NCBI GenBank assembly: GCA_022711115.1
Contig: JAKLFP010000002.1
Coordinates: 207,674 to 271,673 of the forward strand
DNA length: 64,000 nucleotides
Reading direction: 5' to 3'
DNA from: Candidatus Omnitrophota bacterium
Lineage (GTDB): Bacteria; Omnitrophota; Omnitrophia; Omnitrophales; Aquincolibacteriaceae
Numbering within the stretch: position 1 is the first letter of the stretch; every line of letters begins with the position of its first letter. Below, one piece after another: positions 28,901-39,183 of this stretch. Below the pieces are notes generated by a model, which had not been told where the DNA came from, searched no databases, and saw nothing but the letters and a program-made list of their open reading frames with translations. The position numbers and the translations under genes are program-made.

Positions 28901-29614
28901 TTAACGAACGTTGAAAATTTTATGAAGTTGGATCCCTAATCGCACATCCGGAAGCCATTGGCTGCCAAGGCGTTGCAAATCGTTTAGAAGTTTTATAAGT
29001 TCGGTATCCTCATAAGCCTCTTTGCCTTTGCTTGCCGGCTGTAAAAAAACAGGTGCTTTCGAAGCTACGGCGGCCACCATACGCAAATGCCGTTCAAATT
29101 CCTGTTGATCTATTTCTTCAGAAACCACGACTTTGATATAGGCTTCCTTTTGCCATGCTATTTTAAGAAATTTCCTGTGTTCCTCAAGATAATCCTTGTC
29201 ACGGCTGACGCTGGAGAGTTTGAGGTCCATGGCTATAAGGTCACAATCGTTCACGATGCCTTCAAGGGCCTGCCACAAGATCCCGTTCGTTTCCAAAAGA
29301 ATTTTATATTTTTTTTCTTTCAGCTTATAACACAGGGGTTTCAAAAAACTGGTATAAAGTAACGGCTCTCCGCCCGTAAGGCTTACAAAAGCATGAGGGC
29401 CTTTCTCATCCTCAAGGCGATCTAGTTCGTGCAAGATTTCATCCGGAGTCATCTCTTTGCCGCTTTTATCGTGTTCGTCACAGTAATCGCATGCCATGTG
29501 GCATTCTTCAAATCGGATGAACAGATGGCGCTCTCCCATCCGCAATCCTTCCCCCTGGATCGATGAGAAGATCTCCGTAATACGGGCTTTTTCACTTGTC
29601 GGCGGATGAATCAT
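28901..29614 (-). CDS. queE: 7-carboxy-7-deazaguanine synthase (radical SAM)
   Basis: [10 protein letters not shown]...CHMACDYCD. Confidence 0.8.
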   Translation of the reverse strand: MIHPPTSEKARITEIFSSIQGEGLRMGERHLFIRFEECHMACDYCDEHDKSGKEMTPDEILHELDRLEDEKGPHAFVSLTGGEPLLYTSFLKPLCYKLKEKKYKILLETNGILWQALEGIVNDCDLIAMDLKLSSVSRDKDYLEEHRKFLKIAWQKEAYIKVVVSEEIDQQEFERHLRMVAAVASKAPVFLQPASKGKEAYEDTELIKLLNDLQRLGSQWLPDVRLGIQLHKIFNVR

Positions 29615-30279
29615 GATAGGAGCGGATCCGGGATGCCGGCCTCCTGGAATCCTTTGGCCCTCAGCACGCAGGCGTCACACACACCGCAAGGTTTATCCTC
29701 TCCGGCATAACACGACCATGTCTTTTCAAAAGGCACATCCAGTTTTTTTCCTAAGAGAACAATATCTTTTTTACTCAAATGGAGCAGCGGCGTTTGGATC
29801 TCGATTTTTTTTCCTTCGATTCCGATTTTGGTACCGAGCAACATGGCACGGACAAAAGCTTCCAGATAGTCGGGCCGGCAATCCGGATAACCGCTGTAAT
29901 CGAGCGCATTGGCGCCAAAAAAAATTGCGTCCGCATTTTCCGTCTCTGCGCAGGACATGGCTAAAGCGAGAAAGGCACTGTTTCGTCCGGGAACATACGT
30001 GCTGGGTATCTCTTTGGAAAGGATCGGCAAATCTCTATTCTGGGGAAGCCTCACTTTATCATCAAGCAAAGAACTCCCCTTCCAGGGCATGCTCAATGAC
30101 GCGAAATAATGTCTGACCTGCAAGGCCCGGGCGAGAACCTGCGCCTTTGAAACTTCTTTATAATGCCTTTGGCCATATTCGATGGACAACGCAACCGTTT
30201 CATATTGCTGCGAACGGGCCAGATACAAACAAACTGTGGAATCTAGTCCGCCGGAAAAAAGGCAAATGGCTTTTTTCAT
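29611..30279 (-). CDS. queC: 7-cyano-7-deazaguanine synthase
   Basis: SGGLDSTVCL PP-loop plus the C-terminal Zn-binding cysteines (CGVCDAC). Confidence 0.85.
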   Translation of the reverse strand: MKKAICLFSGGLDSTVCLYLARSQQYETVALSIEYGQRHYKEVSKAQVLARALQVRHYFASLSMPWKGSSLLDDKVRLPQNRDLPILSKEIPSTYVPGRNSAFLALAMSCAETENADAIFFGANALDYSGYPDCRPDYLEAFVRAMLLGTKIGIEGKKIEIQTPLLHLSKKDIVLLGKKLDVPFEKTWSCYAGEDKPCGVCDACVLRAKGFQEAGIPDPLLS

Positions 30280-31130
30280 GCAACCTCGACAAGCTGGGCA
30301 TTCTTAAGGCGTTCGCCGAGAAAGGATTCACCGATCCGCAAAAAATTACGCACAAAATCAGTCACAAAAATCTTCAAAGCGGCCCGTCGCGGCCGCGGGT
30401 AAAGGATCCCATGCGAAGCAAGAAGCGCTTTTAATTTCAACGCAGTCGGCACCGCCGAATCAATGAGCCGCACCTTTTTCCCCATGACTTTACCGATGAC
30501 TTTCTCAAGAAGCGGGTAGTGCGTGCAGCCAAGGATCAATGTATCGATATTTTTCTTTTTCATCGGGCCTAAATACCGACGGGCCGTACCGAACGCAATC
30601 GCATCCTCCAACCAGCCCTCTTCCGCAAGCGGGACAAAAAGCGGACAAGCTTCCAAAAAATATTCCGCTTCCGGACAACGCGCCTGAAGGGCCTTGGTAT
30701 AACTGCCGCTTGCGATGGTGGCATAGGTCGCGATCACACCGATCCGAAAATTGCGGGTCGATGCCAGCGCTTCTTCCACTGCCGGAGTGATCACATTTAA
30801 GACAGGAATAGGCAATTTTTCGGAAAGAACCTTGGAAGCAACGCTGGATGCCGAATTGCATGCGATCACCAGGGCCTTGGTTCCTTTTTTTAATAAAAAA
30901 CGAGCACACTCTTCAGACCGACGCCGAATTTCGTCCGTCGACTTTGTGCCGTAAGGCAAATGGGCCAGATCGCCAAGATATAGGATTTCTTCATGAGGCA
31001 GGAGTCGGCGTAATTGACGTACCACCGTAAGACCGCCGAGCCCAGAATCAAAAACACCAATGGGCCGCAAAGGAATGGCAGGCATAATAAATAAGCTTAA
31101 TGTGCCTGGGTTTGGGAGATCACAGGACAC
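30276..31130 (-). CDS. murI: glutamate racemase
   Basis: GVFDSGLGGLTV...ACNSAS...GCTHYP. Confidence 0.85.
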   Translation of the reverse strand: MSCDLPNPGTLSLFIMPAIPLRPIGVFDSGLGGLTVVRQLRRLLPHEEILYLGDLAHLPYGTKSTDEIRRRSEECARFLLKKGTKALVIACNSASSVASKVLSEKLPIPVLNVITPAVEEALASTRNFRIGVIATYATIASGSYTKALQARCPEAEYFLEACPLFVPLAEEGWLEDAIAFGTARRYLGPMKKKNIDTLILGCTHYPLLEKVIGKVMGKKVRLIDSAVPTALKLKALLASHGILYPRPRRAALKIFVTDFVRNFLRIGESFLGERLKNAQLVEVA

Positions 31131-32190
31131 TCACTTTTTTCATGGCATCACGAATTCGATTGAGTCCTTCTTCTATCTGCTTGACGTCAAGGGCATAGCT
31201 GAAGCGCAGGCGGTCGGGTGCACCGAACCACTCACCCAAATAAGCGATGACCTTGTAATCTTGAAAAAGAACACTTAAAAACTTGCGGGCATTATGACAC
31301 TTGGGAAGCACATAAAAAGCACCTTCGGGTCTCCAGAGTTCAAAACCCAAGCTCAAAAGCCCTTGGTAAATAAAATCCCGGCGCTCACGCCATATAAGCT
31401 GCTGCTTCTTGATATATTCCTTCGGTGCTTTCATCGCATGGAGGGCCATGTCTTGCCCCACAAGATTCGTATTCATGGAAGTATGCGTTTTTTCTTCACA
31501 GACATTTTCCACCACTGTCTTATCAGAACTCCATAAATAGCCGACGCGGACACCGCACATACAATAGGTTTTCGAAAAGGAGTTCACCGTAATGACATGA
31601 TCGCCTTTGATGTGGTAATTTTCGCGTTCATAGATCAGATCTTTATAAACTTCATCCGAAACCACATAAATTCCGAGCTCTTGGGTAATCCGTTCTATTT
31701 CTTTGAGCGTCTCGATAGACTCAACGCGTCCCGTTGGATTCGAGGGTGAATTGATCAGCACGGCTTTGCATTCTTTCACCTTCTTTTTAAAATCCTCAAG
31801 ATCTATCCGGCCTTCGATCATATCGGTGTACACAGGAACCATGCCTGCCATTTCGATGATCGGCGGATAAGAATAGTAGTACGGCCGAGGCAAAAGGACC
31901 TTACCGCCTTTGCCCCAGCTACGAAAAATAAGATCAAGCGCTTCGGAGGCCCCGTTCGTAATCACGAAGTTCTCAGCCGTGGATCCAGGGTATTCATGAG
32001 ACAGGGCTTCTCGCAGTGCGACTTCACCCTGGATAAGGCCGTAGCGAAGATCTCGTTTTAAATTAATGCCGGCAAAGGCTTCAGGAGGCGGAGGCAAATC
32101 CGGCTGGCCAGATCCGAAACTGATGACACCGTCCTGCCCCTGTTTGCCAATAAATACCGCCGGGCTGTTAAGCTTGAGAATTTCAGACAT
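31120..32190 (-). CDS. class I/II pyridoxal-phosphate aminotransferase
   Basis: NSPSNPTG and SFSKTY motifs (PLP lysine). Confidence 0.8.
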   Translation of the reverse strand: MSEILKLNSPAVFIGKQGQDGVISFGSGQPDLPPPPEAFAGINLKRDLRYGLIQGEVALREALSHEYPGSTAENFVITNGASEALDLIFRSWGKGGKVLLPRPYYYSYPPIIEMAGMVPVYTDMIEGRIDLEDFKKKVKECKAVLINSPSNPTGRVESIETLKEIERITQELGIYVVSDEVYKDLIYERENYHIKGDHVITVNSFSKTYCMCGVRVGYLWSSDKTVVENVCEEKTHTSMNTNLVGQDMALHAMKAPKEYIKKQQLIWRERRDFIYQGLLSLGFELWRPEGAFYVLPKCHNARKFLSVLFQDYKVIAYLGEWFGAPDRLRFSYALDVKQIEEGLNRIRDAMKKVSVL

Positions 32191-32312
32191 AGAACCACTC
32201 GAACTCCGGCAACGGACTAGAGATCAGCGTCATCGCCAGGTTTGCTTCTTTCATAGACATGATTATTGGCTCACTTTCTGAAAAAAATCTTATAAATTCA
32301 ATTTGCTGGGAA

Positions 32313-32612
32313 CTAACCGTCCTCATCTTCCTTGTCATCTTTTTCATCGTCATCATCATTGTCATCACTATCCTCTTCTTCCTCATCGATGACACAAATC
32401 ACTTCATCGCGCTGAACCGTTTCATCCTCATCAAAATAAACTTCCGTCAAAATGCCAGTCGCAGGGGCCGGTATCACCACCACAGAATCTTCTGTCCGAA
32501 GCTCTACAAGATCATCCCCTTCGGTCACGGCATCTCCTTCTTCAAAGATCCATGATTTTACAACCGCCTCATCAACGTTCGGGCCCAGCCCTTTCACCAA
32601 GACTTCGATCAT
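32313..32612 (-). CDS. lipoyl/biotinyl-like domain protein lacking the acceptor lysine, with a polyacidic tail
   Basis: EGDAVTEGDDLVELRTEDSVVVIPAPATGIL aligns to the lipoyl motif, but the ETDKA lysine is replaced (TEDS). The C-terminus is EEEEDSDDNDDDDEKDDKEDEDG. Confidence 0.55.
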   Translation of the reverse strand: MIEVLVKGLGPNVDEAVVKSWIFEEGDAVTEGDDLVELRTEDSVVVIPAPATGILTEVYFDEDETVQRDEVICVIDEEEEDSDDNDDDDEKDDKEDEDG

Positions 32613-32658
32613 GGTTCCGATTCTCTCCTATGGTCTTTCTGTTTCATTTTCCGGAGAC

Positions 32659-33561
32659 TCACGCGCCGGTGTTGGTTTCCGCAGTTCCAAAAGTTTTTTC
32701 CTCTCCGAGATCGGTGAATGTCTCTCTTGCATGATAAGAACTCCTCACATACGGTCCCCCAAAAACTTTTTCAAATCCCATCGCCATCAGTTTGCGGCTC
32801 AAATCCCGGAATTTCTCAGGAGTCACATATTCCTGGACTTCCAAACTCTGCGTATTGGGCTGCAAATATTGCCCGATCGTTAAGATACTGACTCCGACGG
32901 AAAGAAGATGCCTTCCGGTTTCGAGAATCTCCGGGACCGTTTCTCCCAGTCCTAGCATGAGCCCGCTTTTCGTGATCCGCTTAGATCCCAACCGTTTGGC
33001 GATCTCAAGCGTTTTTAGAGAACACTGATAATCAGCCTGAGGCCTTACCGTCCGCTGAAGCCGTTCCACTGTTTCCAGATTATGATTAAAAACTTCCGGC
33101 CCTGCTTCTACCACCTGTCGAATCAGTTCTTCCCGGGAATGAAAATCGGGCGTTAAAACTTCAACGCGCGATTCTGGAATCTCTCTCTTGACTGCATACA
33201 CCGTATTCGCATAGTGTGCCGCGCCTTCATCCGATAGATCATCACGCGTCACCGATGTAATCACCACATAGCGAAGTCCTAATTCCTTCGCTGCAAACGC
33301 CACGCGTTCCGGCTCATCCTGCCGAATCAATTCACCCTGTCCTGTCCTCACAGCACAAAAACCGCAATGACGCGTGCACACATTGCCAAGTATCATAAAA
33401 GTCGCGGTATCTTCGGCATAACATTCCTGACAATTAGGACACATGGCAGATTTGCAAACGGTGTTGAGCCGGTATTTGTTCAAAATTGCATATGTTCTTT
33501 CCGAAGAATTTTCAGGCAAAGAACGGCGCAACCAGTCGGGAAAACGTCTAAAAGCTCTCAC
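32659..33561 (-). CDS. lipA: lipoyl synthase
   Basis: CPNCQEC plus the radical-SAM motif CTRHCGFC. Confidence 0.9.
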   Translation of the reverse strand: MRAFRRFPDWLRRSLPENSSERTYAILNKYRLNTVCKSAMCPNCQECYAEDTATFMILGNVCTRHCGFCAVRTGQGELIRQDEPERVAFAAKELGLRYVVITSVTRDDLSDEGAAHYANTVYAVKREIPESRVEVLTPDFHSREELIRQVVEAGPEVFNHNLETVERLQRTVRPQADYQCSLKTLEIAKRLGSKRITKSGLMLGLGETVPEILETGRHLLSVGVSILTIGQYLQPNTQSLEVQEYVTPEKFRDLSRKLMAMGFEKVFGGPYVRSSYHARETFTDLGEEKTFGTAETNTGA

Positions 33562-33689
33562 TCATTTTTTCCTTGTTTGCTTGTTGAAAAATGACAAATG
33601 AAAAATTGTTTTTATCAGAAAGCCTCTGGAGTGTCAAGCCTCAACCATTTCCTTTTATAATGCCTCTTCCGTAACACAACCCACAACGA

Positions 33690-34367
33690 TCAAAGACGTT
33701 CATTCAAATACGAAAGCAATAACTCTTTGGGAAGTCCGATATCCACAAGCTCTATTTTCCCAGCATGATCAGGCCCGTCGCCGACGAAAAGCCCTTTCTT
33801 GGGCAATCCCAAAGTCAAAGTGCGATTAGCTGTCACGGCTACACCATGGACTTGACCTGTATCCGCATCCAACCCTGAAGGGATATCAATACTTATCACG
33901 GTTTTCTTACTCCGTATAATCCCCTGGATCGCTTTCTCAAAAAATCCATCCACCCAGTGTCTGAGCCCGATTCCGAAAATCGCATCGACCAAAAGATCGG
34001 AACTTTGACAAGCCCCAAAAACTGAACTTTCCGGGTCTTTTGTATCGACAAAAGTAACCGGGATGTTCATTTTTTTTATGATTTGAAAATTAATCAGGGG
34101 ATCCGATTTAAGATTTGCTTCCGTCTCAAGCAGAACCACCCGGACATCAAAACCGTGATTGGCAAGATGCCGAGCCACCACGAGCCCATCCCCGCCATTG
34201 TTTCCCTTGCCGATAAAGCAACATACCCGACTCGCAACAAAATCCCGGCACAGGACATCCGATATTCCCCGGCCCGCATTCTCCATAAGGAGCAAACTGG
34301 GGATAGAGAAATCCTTGATCGCGATCTCTTCTAATCGCCGGATCTCGTCACGTGAAACAGGACGCAT
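33690..34367 (-). CDS. nnrE: NAD(P)H-hydrate epimerase (YjeF N-terminal domain)
   Basis: CFIGKGNNGGDGLVVARHL. Confidence 0.75.
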   Translation of the reverse strand: MRPVSRDEIRRLEEIAIKDFSIPSLLLMENAGRGISDVLCRDFVASRVCCFIGKGNNGGDGLVVARHLANHGFDVRVVLLETEANLKSDPLINFQIIKKMNIPVTFVDTKDPESSVFGACQSSDLLVDAIFGIGLRHWVDGFFEKAIQGIIRSKKTVISIDIPSGLDADTGQVHGVAVTANRTLTLGLPKKGLFVGDGPDHAGKIELVDIGLPKELLLSYLNERL

Positions 34368-34376
34368 GGGAACCGG

Positions 34377-36287
34377 TCAGGTTGTTGTGGATTCGTTTTG
34401 ATTGACCGATCGGTTGAATAACGCCCTGGGACCATTCTTTTTTTCCGGCTCCGGTTCCGCCGATTGATTGCCAAGAAAAACAATTAATTTCTGAAGACCT
34501 TGCCTGAGGATATCCACATTACGTGACCATTCCCCCAACTCACGAATGGCCGCCGCATTACGGCGATCCACTCGACTCCGGTAACGCCGATGCTCGTCCT
34601 CCAATTTGGCAACACGTATTTCCTGCTCGGTAAGCTTTGCGTCATACTCACCGCGTATCGTCTCACGCTCTTTGGAAAGAATGGCATGTTCTTGACGAAT
34701 ATTCTCCGTTTCCTGGACTTTCGTAATAAGCTCCGTGACTTTCCGTTCCAACTCAGAAAGCGCCATATCCCGAGCCTTAAGAATTTCCTCTTTTTCAATC
34801 AGACTGCGGTCTAACATCTTAATCTTTGCCGTCAAATCCATCTCACGGCTTTGAAGTCCTGCGATTTGGATCCTCACATCCTCCTGAACTTTTTCTTTCT
34901 CTGATAAACGCGTTTCCAGATCAGAAATTGTTGCATTCAATTCCTTTTCGCGGTTCTGAAAATGTAAAACCTGCGCTTGTGCCTCCTCCTGAGTTTTTTC
35001 CTTCTTCGCCAAACGCATTTCCAAATCAGAAGTCTTCGCTATCAATTCTTTTTCCCGATCCTGCCATACCGAAAGCTGACCCGTTGCTTCTTGCAACGCG
35101 TTTTCCTTTTCAGCGATCTTCGATTCCAAATCGGAGGTTTTTGCAGCCATCCCCTTTTCACGAAATTGATATTCCGCCAGCTCTTTCTGAACCGCTTCCA
35201 ACGATTTTTCAGTTTCTTGTAAGACACTTGCCAACGCATCCGCTCTGACTGTCATCTCTTTTTCACGGTTTATCAAATCAGACTGAGCTGTTTCCAGAGA
35301 ACGTTGTTTGTCAGTAAAATCCGCATCCGAAGCTTTTGCCTTCATCGCCAATTCCTGAACTCGCGCCTGAAGCGCTGCGATCTCCTCCTCCCGCTCAGCC
35401 AAGTCCCTTTCAAGCATCTTAATCCTGGATTCGGCCTCTTCGTCTTGTCTTCCCGTTTGTGAGCACGCTTCCTTTGAATCAGCCTTCTGAAAATCTCGCA
35501 TCCTGTTCTCCAAACGCTCCATTTGGCTCCGAAGGACGTCACACGTATCCTGCAAAGTTTGCTTGTTTTGTATTTCGCGGGCAAGTTCGTCCCTCAGCTT
35601 GGAAACTTCCTCACTTCCCTGTTTTTCCGATGGTCCTCTAAATCTATCCTGAAGTTCGCTTTTGAATTTTTCTTTCTCCTCAGAGGGCTGTTTGTTCATT
35701 GCTGCCTTCTCGTCTTGCATTCTTTGAAGACGATCCGAAAGCTCTCTCGCTCGCTTGTCCCAATCAGATTCAACGACAGGAACGTCTTCTTTAGCGGCGC
35801 TTTCTGCATCCGGGGATTTCACCTCCGGCAACGCGGGGTTCACTTCCATTTCAGGCGCAGGCACAGGAACCGTTTCAGAAATTTTTAGCAGATCCGGTTC
35901 GCTGACAACGGGGACAGAATCTGACGCCACCGACTGTTCTTTGGACAGCATATTCTCTGAATCATCTTTTAAAAAAATAGCAAGATCCGGAACTTCCGGC
36001 CACACAATTTGAAAACAATTTTTTTTGATCATGTCATGATTAGTCGTTTCGACAACAACTCCGAGTTTTTGAAAAAAATTCTTGATCCGGGCGGCCATGC
36101 CGAAAGAGAGATTGTCCAAAAGAATAAGCGGCATATTCAAGAGAGCCTGCTCGGCATCTTTTTTCTCAAGATCAAAAATTTCAACCATACGTTTCACAAC
36201 TTCTTTTTTTTGCTTCGGTGAAACAGATTGCAAAATGACGCTCCAATCCTCCGAAACGCCTCCGATCCTACTTTCATGCATCGCCAT
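34377..36287 (-). CDS. long coiled-coil protein with a globular N-domain and about four 35-aa tandem heptad repeats
   Basis: A 636-aa protein rich in E, K, L, and Q. It contains repeated KTSDLE.KIAEKE...REKEL units. Confidence 0.6.
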   Translation of the reverse strand: MAMHESRIGGVSEDWSVILQSVSPKQKKEVVKRMVEIFDLEKKDAEQALLNMPLILLDNLSFGMAARIKNFFQKLGVVVETTNHDMIKKNCFQIVWPEVPDLAIFLKDDSENMLSKEQSVASDSVPVVSEPDLLKISETVPVPAPEMEVNPALPEVKSPDAESAAKEDVPVVESDWDKRARELSDRLQRMQDEKAAMNKQPSEEKEKFKSELQDRFRGPSEKQGSEEVSKLRDELAREIQNKQTLQDTCDVLRSQMERLENRMRDFQKADSKEACSQTGRQDEEAESRIKMLERDLAEREEEIAALQARVQELAMKAKASDADFTDKQRSLETAQSDLINREKEMTVRADALASVLQETEKSLEAVQKELAEYQFREKGMAAKTSDLESKIAEKENALQEATGQLSVWQDREKELIAKTSDLEMRLAKKEKTQEEAQAQVLHFQNREKELNATISDLETRLSEKEKVQEDVRIQIAGLQSREMDLTAKIKMLDRSLIEKEEILKARDMALSELERKVTELITKVQETENIRQEHAILSKERETIRGEYDAKLTEQEIRVAKLEDEHRRYRSRVDRRNAAAIRELGEWSRNVDILRQGLQKLIVFLGNQSAEPEPEKKNGPRALFNRSVNQNESTTT

Positions 36288-36546
36288 GGTCAGTACCCTT
36301 CCTTTTGAATTTATATTTAAGTATTTAAGGCCGCGCGAAATAGCGGTATTATACCCCGCCCAGAAAATAATTCTAGTACCGCGTCAACATCGATTTTACC
36401 GGCGCTTGCTAAGCCAGAACCGATCCTGCCGGAGGGGAAGCCCGACGGCGATAGCGGATGGATTCTCGGGACGGCATTGTGACTTATGGATGCAGCCTTT
36501 AAACAATATTCGCAAGACCTTTCGATTAAAATTCAAAGGATATCTC

Positions 36547-37533
36547 ATGATTCAGCTGAAATCTTTCAAATTGCAAACACCGATTTATCAATCACCAATG
36601 GCCGGTTGCACCAACATACCCTTCCGGCTCATCGCACGAGCATTAGGCCTGGAACTCGCTTTCACAGAAATGATCTCTTCCGAAGCGCTTGTCCGAGAAA
36701 ATAACAAGACGCGACAACTTCTTAAAAAAATTCGCGGAGACCACCCTTTGGGGGCACAACTTGTCGGGCATGATCCGGATTCCATGGGAAGAGCCGCCGC
36801 TTTAGTGGAAGCTATGGGAATCGATATTCTCGATCTCAATTTCGGATGTCCTGTCCGTAAAATCACAAGTTCCGGCGCCGGTTCCGCACTTTTACAAAAA
36901 CCTGATCTCGCCAAAAAAATCTTTCAGAGCGTCATGCGGCACGTCAAAAAAATTCCCGTTACGGTCAAGATGCGCACAGGATTCACAGACGCTTCCGGCG
37001 CTGAAGCTCTCAGGATTGCCAAAATCGCTGAAGCTTGCGGTCTTGCCGCGGTCACCGTACACGGCCGCACTCGCGCCCAGGGTTACACCGGCAAAGCCGA
37101 CTGGAAAGTCATCGGGCTCATTAAACGAGCCTTAAAAATCCCCGTCTTCGGCAACGGCGATATTTTTTCCCCTGAGGATGCCCAACGCATGGTGGAACTC
37201 ACGGGCTGTGATGCCATTGCCATCGGCCGTGGAGCTCTGGGGAATCCTTGGCTCTACCAACAAATTTGTGACGTTTTAGAAGGCAAAAAATATGCGCTCC
37301 CTACTTTCGAAGAGAAAAAGGAAGTTGTTCTCAGACATGTTCAATTGGAGACTCAATACGAAGGAGAAAAAAACGGAGTGCTTCAATCACGGAAAATCGT
37401 CAGCTGGTACTTCAAGGGGTGTCCTCATGTTGCGCAGTTCCGCAGTCAACTCAACCGAGTCACAACAAAAAAAGAATTGCTGAAACTCATCAGGCATTTT
37501 AACGAGGAAAAATCCGACGAAAAATGCTCTTGA
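36547..37533 (+). CDS. dusB: tRNA-dihydrouridine synthase
   Basis: PMAGCTN...LNFGCP...VKMRTG, a TIM-barrel FMN motif set. The start is at the internal ATG. The longer ORF-track N-terminal extension overlaps the divergent upstream gene. Confidence 0.85.
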   Translation: MIQLKSFKLQTPIYQSPMAGCTNIPFRLIARALGLELAFTEMISSEALVRENNKTRQLLKKIRGDHPLGAQLVGHDPDSMGRAAALVEAMGIDILDLNFGCPVRKITSSGAGSALLQKPDLAKKIFQSVMRHVKKIPVTVKMRTGFTDASGAEALRIAKIAEACGLAAVTVHGRTRAQGYTGKADWKVIGLIKRALKIPVFGNGDIFSPEDAQRMVELTGCDAIAIGRGALGNPWLYQQICDVLEGKKYALPTFEEKKEVVLRHVQLETQYEGEKNGVLQSRKIVSWYFKGCPHVAQFRSQLNRVTTKKELLKLIRHFNEEKSDEKCS

Positions 37534-37573
37534 AAAATCTCCGGCTCACTGCGATTGAAACAGGAAAACGTGA

Positions 37574-38467
37574 CTACCAGTGGCGCTGCACCCAATCCGA
37601 AGAACGATCAGAAGAAGAACGATAAGCGATCGAATAGATAATTTTTTTAAGTGTCCGATGCAATATTTTGACCAGCAAGGAATCAGGCCTGAAATCCGCC
37701 GGAGCAAAGTGTTGGGCGCGTTTTTCTGCCACCATCGTTTTCACCTTTCGCGGAACGCGCCGGCACGGGTCATAAACCGCAATCGCATTACCACCGGCCT
37801 TGTCAATGACCGTCATGGACGGGACATCCGTAATCCCGTCTCCGATATAGATCATATTGCGAAACGGCACACGACGTTCTTCTTCCGGCATGTGCTGGTT
37901 AATACTCTCGCTCAGTGCCAGCTTGCCTTTATTGATACGGAAAAGAAATTGCGTCTTATTGGTATCATTAATAACAAGCTTCGGAAAAACGGGCTTGCCA
38001 TGATCATAGTCATATTCACAAGCATAAATTTTTTTGAAATATTTCCGGATGCTTATGCCGTCCAGGATCTCCTTGAGCCCGCTTGAAATGATGTAGTGCT
38101 CCAGCATAATACCGCATTCTGCGACCTCGGGGACACTTCGCATAAATCGCTCAAGCTGTTCGAAATACCCTTCCGCAACACCCGGATAGTAAGGAACCTG
38201 ACCACAAAGTTTTTGAAGCATCGGCTTCGTGAGCGGTCTCTTTTTGAACGCCGGATCCGTTATCAGCAGCTTCAGATAAGCAAGCGTTTGTTCATATCCT
38301 TTTTCATGGACTAGTTTCTGGGATTTAGCCCAAAAAATTTTTTTATCGATACCATAATATTTGAATATCGTTTCCTCCTGCATATTGCCAGGCGAAAGCG
38401 TTCCGTCGAAATCATAGACAAGCGCAATAATATTCTGCTTTGTTTTTTTACTCATCACTAGCACCAA
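37574..38467 (-). CDS. HAD-superfamily hydrolase
   Basis: Motif I DFDGTL and motif IV GDGITD. Confidence 0.7.
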   Translation of the reverse strand: MVLVMSKKTKQNIIALVYDFDGTLSPGNMQEETIFKYYGIDKKIFWAKSQKLVHEKGYEQTLAYLKLLITDPAFKKRPLTKPMLQKLCGQVPYYPGVAEGYFEQLERFMRSVPEVAECGIMLEHYIISSGLKEILDGISIRKYFKKIYACEYDYDHGKPVFPKLVINDTNKTQFLFRINKGKLALSESINQHMPEEERRVPFRNMIYIGDGITDVPSMTVIDKAGGNAIAVYDPCRRVPRKVKTMVAEKRAQHFAPADFRPDSLLVKILHRTLKKIIYSIAYRSSSDRSSDWVQRHW

Positions 38468-38618
38468 GGCCCTGAAAACTCGGATTTAAAATATCCCCAT
38501 TGCTTCATGTTGCTTTTCTGTTCTCGCAATTTGAATTTTCATTTCAAGAGAACGCCCCCTGTTCAGTAAAAGTCTTCTGAGGCCGTCTCAAAAAAACATT
38601 TTATAATCCGATCCGCGA

Positions 38619-39164
38619 TCACTTAAAATATTTCTCTCGATAATACTTCAGCTCTGCAATGGACTCCCGAATATCCGAAAAAGCGCGGTGTTCTTTACTT
38701 TTTTCCGGCATTTTATCTTTGGGGTACCACCGCATGACCATCGCCTTGAAAGAACTCACATCGACATGACGATAGTGAAGATAGCCATCGATCCCAGGCA
38801 TATACTTTGCTAAAAACCGGCGATCGTGATGCACGGAATTCCCGCACAAAGGCGCTTTTTTAGGTTTGCAATACTCTTCAATAATGTTCAAGGTCAACTG
38901 CTCCGCTTTTTTGGCAGTCATCGTGGATTCCTTGACGGCCTTCAGCAACCCGGAACTCGTATGATGCTTCAGGTTCCATTCATCCATATTTTTTAAAAAA
39001 CTTTCCGGTTGATGGATCACAAGATCAGGCCCTTCCGCAAGAATGTCAAGGTTTCCATTCGTAATAATCGCCGCGATTTCAATAATACGGTCTTTATTCG
39101 GGTCCAGCCCCGTCATTTCCATATCAATCCAAACCATATTATTTCGATGGATCTTCTGAACCAT
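38619..39164 (-). CDS. orn: oligoribonuclease
   Basis: MVWIDMEMTGLDP...CGNSVHHDRRFL...HYRHVDVS, a DEDDh exonuclease aligning to Orn. Confidence 0.85.
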   Translation of the reverse strand: MVQKIHRNNMVWIDMEMTGLDPNKDRIIEIAAIITNGNLDILAEGPDLVIHQPESFLKNMDEWNLKHHTSSGLLKAVKESTMTAKKAEQLTLNIIEEYCKPKKAPLCGNSVHHDRRFLAKYMPGIDGYLHYRHVDVSSFKAMVMRWYPKDKMPEKSKEHRAFSDIRESIAELKYYREKYFK

Positions 39165-39183
39165 AATCCCCTTTCTTAGGCCC

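Noticed and set aside
36082-36546. 155-codon N-terminal extension of the dusB ORF in the ORF track
   Set aside because: It overlaps the divergent coiled-coil gene. The extension has no Dus similarity. The Dus alignment begins at the internal ATG at 36,547.
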